Origin: Bacilli bacterium
GTDB taxonomy: Bacteria; Bacillota_I; Bacilli_A; RFN20; CAG-826
Direction: 5' to 3'
Length of the DNA: 64,000 bases
Assembly: GCA_900767825.1 (NCBI GenBank)
Contig: CAAGAN010000038.1
Coordinates: 29,645 to 93,644, forward strand
Shown: positions 61,433 to 64,000 of the stretch, in pieces
Position numbering within the stretch: the first letter of the stretch is position 1
Layout: the number at the start of each line of letters is the position of its first letter
Translations under genes and position numbers: made by a program
The notes under the pieces: generated by a model
What the model was told of the DNA's origin: nothing
Databases searched by the model: none
What the model saw: only the letters and a program-made list of their open reading frames with translations

Positions 61433-62857
61433 TCATAATTTTGGATAGACTAATGGTTCAAATGTATATCCTTTTTTAAGTTCACCCATTAACTCATCTA
61501 ATAAAAACGGCAAATAGAATTGAGGGATACTTGTATAAAAATCACCTTCTCCAAAATTATTCCTGATGACTTTATAGCATTTGCTAGCCTTGTAAGAAGT
61601 TTTGCCTTCCATAACGTTACGGGAAGCGCTCATTTTCCCATTCGTTGATTTTTCTTCGATTAGGTTTATCCCGTCTTTAGTTTCAATGATGAAATCTATT
61701 TCTAGGTGTTCCATCCCAGATGCAAAATAGTATAGAGGAAATCCTGCTTTATTTAGCATTATAGCCGCCAAATTCTCATATATCGCACCTTTCCTGCTAT
61801 CTAATTTATCAGTAAGGAAAGAAGTTGAAGTTGTTAAAGGATACATAGCCATAAGTAAGCCAATATCCGCAATAAAAGCCTTGAAATAGCTAGAGTCAGC
61901 ATTAGCTTCTAAAGGTTCTTCTATCGCATGCAAATTAAAACATCTTAAAACTAGTCCTGCCTTTTCTAACCATTGGAAAGGTTCTTCGAATTCCTTAGAC
62001 CTCCCACCGCTTTTGATTTCTGAATACTTAAATTTTGAAACATCCGCCTCCCTGGCTAATTGAGAAGGAATCGAATCAAATACTCTATTTAATTTAGCTT
62101 GCAAGGAATAATCTACTTCCTCTTCATCGTCTTTATTTATAAACCTGCCAAAATCGCTTCTATAATCCTTTATCAAACCCTCTAGATATTCCCTAGATTT
62201 AATGAAGTTATTGGTTTTTAGAAATTCTTTGACCGAACCAGGCATTCCCCCAATGACAACATAACGTTCAATCATTCCTTTATAGAAATTTGCCAGAGCT
62301 GAAGGCAATTCTTTTTTCTGCTTTATATATTCTTTTAACGTAGAAATTGCTTTTTTATCAACCCCATTTGCCCATAAGAATTCTTCAAAGTCTAAAGAAG
62401 ACATATGAATTATCTTTTCATAGCCAGTGGGTACTTCTATCTTTTCTTTCCTTCTATAATTCAATACACCTAAAAGGCTACCTGTCCCTATAACGGCATA
62501 TCTTTTATCAAGGGCAAAGCTTTTTAATGATGTCCTAGCAAGTGGACAATCCCCTATTTCTTCAAATATTAAAATCGTTTTGTTTGGAATGAATTTATCG
62601 TTAGGAAAATATGGAAATGACTTCTCAATTAGAGAATCTACATCAAGATTTCCATTAAAAATGCTTCTTAGTTCTTTACGATGTCTAAAATCATAAGTAA
62701 TTACATTTTCATAATTCTCATGAGCAAATTTATCAACTATATAACTTTTGCCAACTTGCCTTAGTCCATCAACGATTAAAGGCACTTTGTGTGGATTAGA
62801 GTTCCATTCAAGCAAATCATCATATATTTTTCTTTTCAATACAATATCTTCATCCAT
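61433..62857 (-). CDS. AAA ATPase (AAA_14 + DUF4143 type) with a C-terminal PD-(D/E)xK-like motif
   Basis: Walker A GLRQVGKSYIV and Walker B-like ILIFEEIG. The C-terminus has LEIDFIIE...LIEEKS. Confidence 0.85.
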   Translation of the reverse strand: MDEDIVLKRKIYDDLLEWNSNPHKVPLIVDGLRQVGKSYIVDKFAHENYENVITYDFRHRKELRSIFNGNLDVDSLIEKSFPYFPNDKFIPNKTILIFEEIGDCPLARTSLKSFALDKRYAVIGTGSLLGVLNYRRKEKIEVPTGYEKIIHMSSLDFEEFLWANGVDKKAISTLKEYIKQKKELPSALANFYKGMIERYVVIGGMPGSVKEFLKTNNFIKSREYLEGLIKDYRSDFGRFINKDDEEEVDYSLQAKLNRVFDSIPSQLAREADVSKFKYSEIKSGGRSKEFEEPFQWLEKAGLVLRCFNLHAIEEPLEANADSSYFKAFIADIGLLMAMYPLTTSTSFLTDKLDSRKGAIYENLAAIMLNKAGFPLYYFASGMEHLEIDFIIETKDGINLIEEKSTNGKMSASRNVMEGKTSYKASKCYKVIRNNFGEGDFYTSIPQFYLPFLLDELMGELKKGYTFEPLVYPKL

Positions 62858-62887
62858 AATTTTGCCTCAATATTATGATAATAGATT

Positions 62888-62965
62888 TTCGTAAAATGTA
62901 AATAAACACATTATACGTATTCGTAAAATGTAATTTTTTACACAAAACGAATTCGTAAAATGTAA
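62888..62965. repeat. Three phased direct repeats (core TTCGTAAAATGTAA on plus) at a 32-bp period, immediately upstream of the ATPase gene
   Basis: Cores start at 62888, 62920 and 62952. In gene orientation the proximal core reads TTACATTTTACGAA, and its TTACAT lies 18 nt from a CATAAT -10-like box. Confidence 0.9.
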
Positions 62966-63036
62966 TGAAACAATTAGAAAAATGCTAAAAAGTTCCTATT
63001 TATCGAAACTTTTTATAAAAAAGACAAGAATTTGAT

Positions 63037-63621
63037 TTATTTTGGGTTTTTAAAGAAGTTTTCGGCCTTCCTAAAAGGCTGATTCTCTTCGAGGAATTTA
63101 GAATATAGTCTTTCTATTTCTTCATTTTGGAATGGGAATTTCCTATCCTTGATTAACCCACGTACCTCAGAAATGGATTTTTCTATAGCCTTTGATAATT
63201 CTTTTGGATATCCATATGTCTGAATATGTCTAGCGTATTCTTTTTCATCCAAAGTCTTTTCTAGTCCATCTGGATAAAGCTTAACATCTAGATCATAATC
63301 AATATATTTTAGATATCCTTTATCCCAAATCGTAGGAGAAGCGACATTAACGTAATAACAAATGCCTCTATTTTCTTTAAACATTGCCAAGACATTCATC
63401 CACTTATGCTTAAAAAGAATAAATACGGCTTTTTCTTTTGTTATCCATCTTCTTCCATCTGATTCAGTAACACAGCTAGCCTTGGAGGCTAACACCCAAT
63501 AATCATCAGTCTCGCATACTAAATAAGATGGAGACCACTGACGATGAAGAAGCCCATCATGTTTATAGGCTTGCACTTTTACCCAACGGGCATATTTATC
63601 ATTTGAATTATTAATAGACAT
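63037..63621 (-). CDS. ntdp: Nucleoside tri/diphosphate phosphatase, DUF402 / UPF0374 (YgaC/Ntdp-like)
   Basis: VQAYKHDGLLHRQW, VTESDGRRW and LKYIDYDLDVKLYPDG match B. subtilis YgaC as I remember it. Confidence 0.85.
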   Translation of the reverse strand: MSINNSNDKYARWVKVQAYKHDGLLHRQWSPSYLVCETDDYWVLASKASCVTESDGRRWITKEKAVFILFKHKWMNVLAMFKENRGICYYVNVASPTIWDKGYLKYIDYDLDVKLYPDGLEKTLDEKEYARHIQTYGYPKELSKAIEKSISEVRGLIKDRKFPFQNEEIERLYSKFLEENQPFRKAENFFKNPK

Positions 63622-63924
63622 AAGTAGCTAGGTTTAAAACCTTCCTAGTTAGGATTATAAAGCCAAAACGGCAAATAAGGAAATTAGAAGTATGTATTTT
63701 TTGAAAAAATAATATATCTACTGGATATGTTTGGGGGTGGGCCTATAGGAATCTTAAGACGACACCCCTAGAAATAGGATATCATTTAGTTGCACAGCTT
63801 TGTAATTATGTGTGCATTTTGCAAATGGTTTAACAAAATCAAGCGAACAATATGCTTCAGTGTGAGTGGTCTCCTTTTTTCAAAAAAGATTTCGAAACGG
63901 TTTCGCCTCTTTATTTGTTATCAT

Positions 63925-64000
63925 TCACTCACCGTGAATAACAATTCTATCCTTTGCAAATTCTTCAAATGTACAATCTATTTCTTCGTAAATTTTGTTC
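63925..64000 (-). CDS. 3' end of a minus-strand ORF cut by the window edge
   Basis: It reads ...NKIYEEIDCTFEEFAKDRIVIHGE then TGA (63925-63927). The identity is unknown. Confidence 0.3.
   Translation of the reverse strand, partial: NKIYEEIDCTFEEFAKDRIVIHGE

Overview
AT-rich, low-GC Bacillota/Mollicutes-type chromosomal segment. It uses standard stop codons: TGA ends conserved genes, for example at 42821 and 6264, so it is not code 4. Surface proteins here carry a signal peptide plus a C-terminal TM anchor, which hints at an Acholeplasma- or Erysipelotrichia-like lineage (inference only). The right part (about 38-64 kb) is mostly housekeeping, nearly all on the minus strand: fnlABC-like UDP-L-FucNAc genes, galE, gatCAB, ligA, pcrA, asnS, tsaD, a fused tsaB-rimI, tsaE and ntdp/ygaC. 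The left part (0-38 kb) is a mosaic accessory region. It holds a SWIM + SNF2 helicase pair, a CDF transporter, a small DUF4417 / toxin-like / acidic-protein cluster and an orphan GH112 phosphorylase. It also holds a PARP-like (DUF3990-type) + HTH gene pair, a surface endonuclease-I protein with a paralogous surface protein and an ASCH protein, and a Fic protein. Three further items stand out as defence candidates: a stand-alone nuclease-STAND (NB-ARC-like) 1214-aa protein, an AbiEi/AbiEii module, and directly next to it a 1931-aa transglutaminase-like/DUF4011/UPF1-like helicase giant. Five copies (one cut by the window edge) of AAA ATPase + C-terminal PD-(D/E)xK-like proteins (DUF4143 and DUF234 types) are scattered through the window. 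Two of them are preceded by private arrays of phased direct repeats with 32-33 bp period. Other short tandem arrays (21, 12 and 11 bp periods) sit in intergenic regions. I saw no rRNA, tRNA, CRISPR array, transposase or integrase. The best candidates for an undescribed system are the AbiE + giant helicase locus, the nuclease-STAND gene, the PARP-like/HTH pair and the iteron-associated ATPase-nuclease family.
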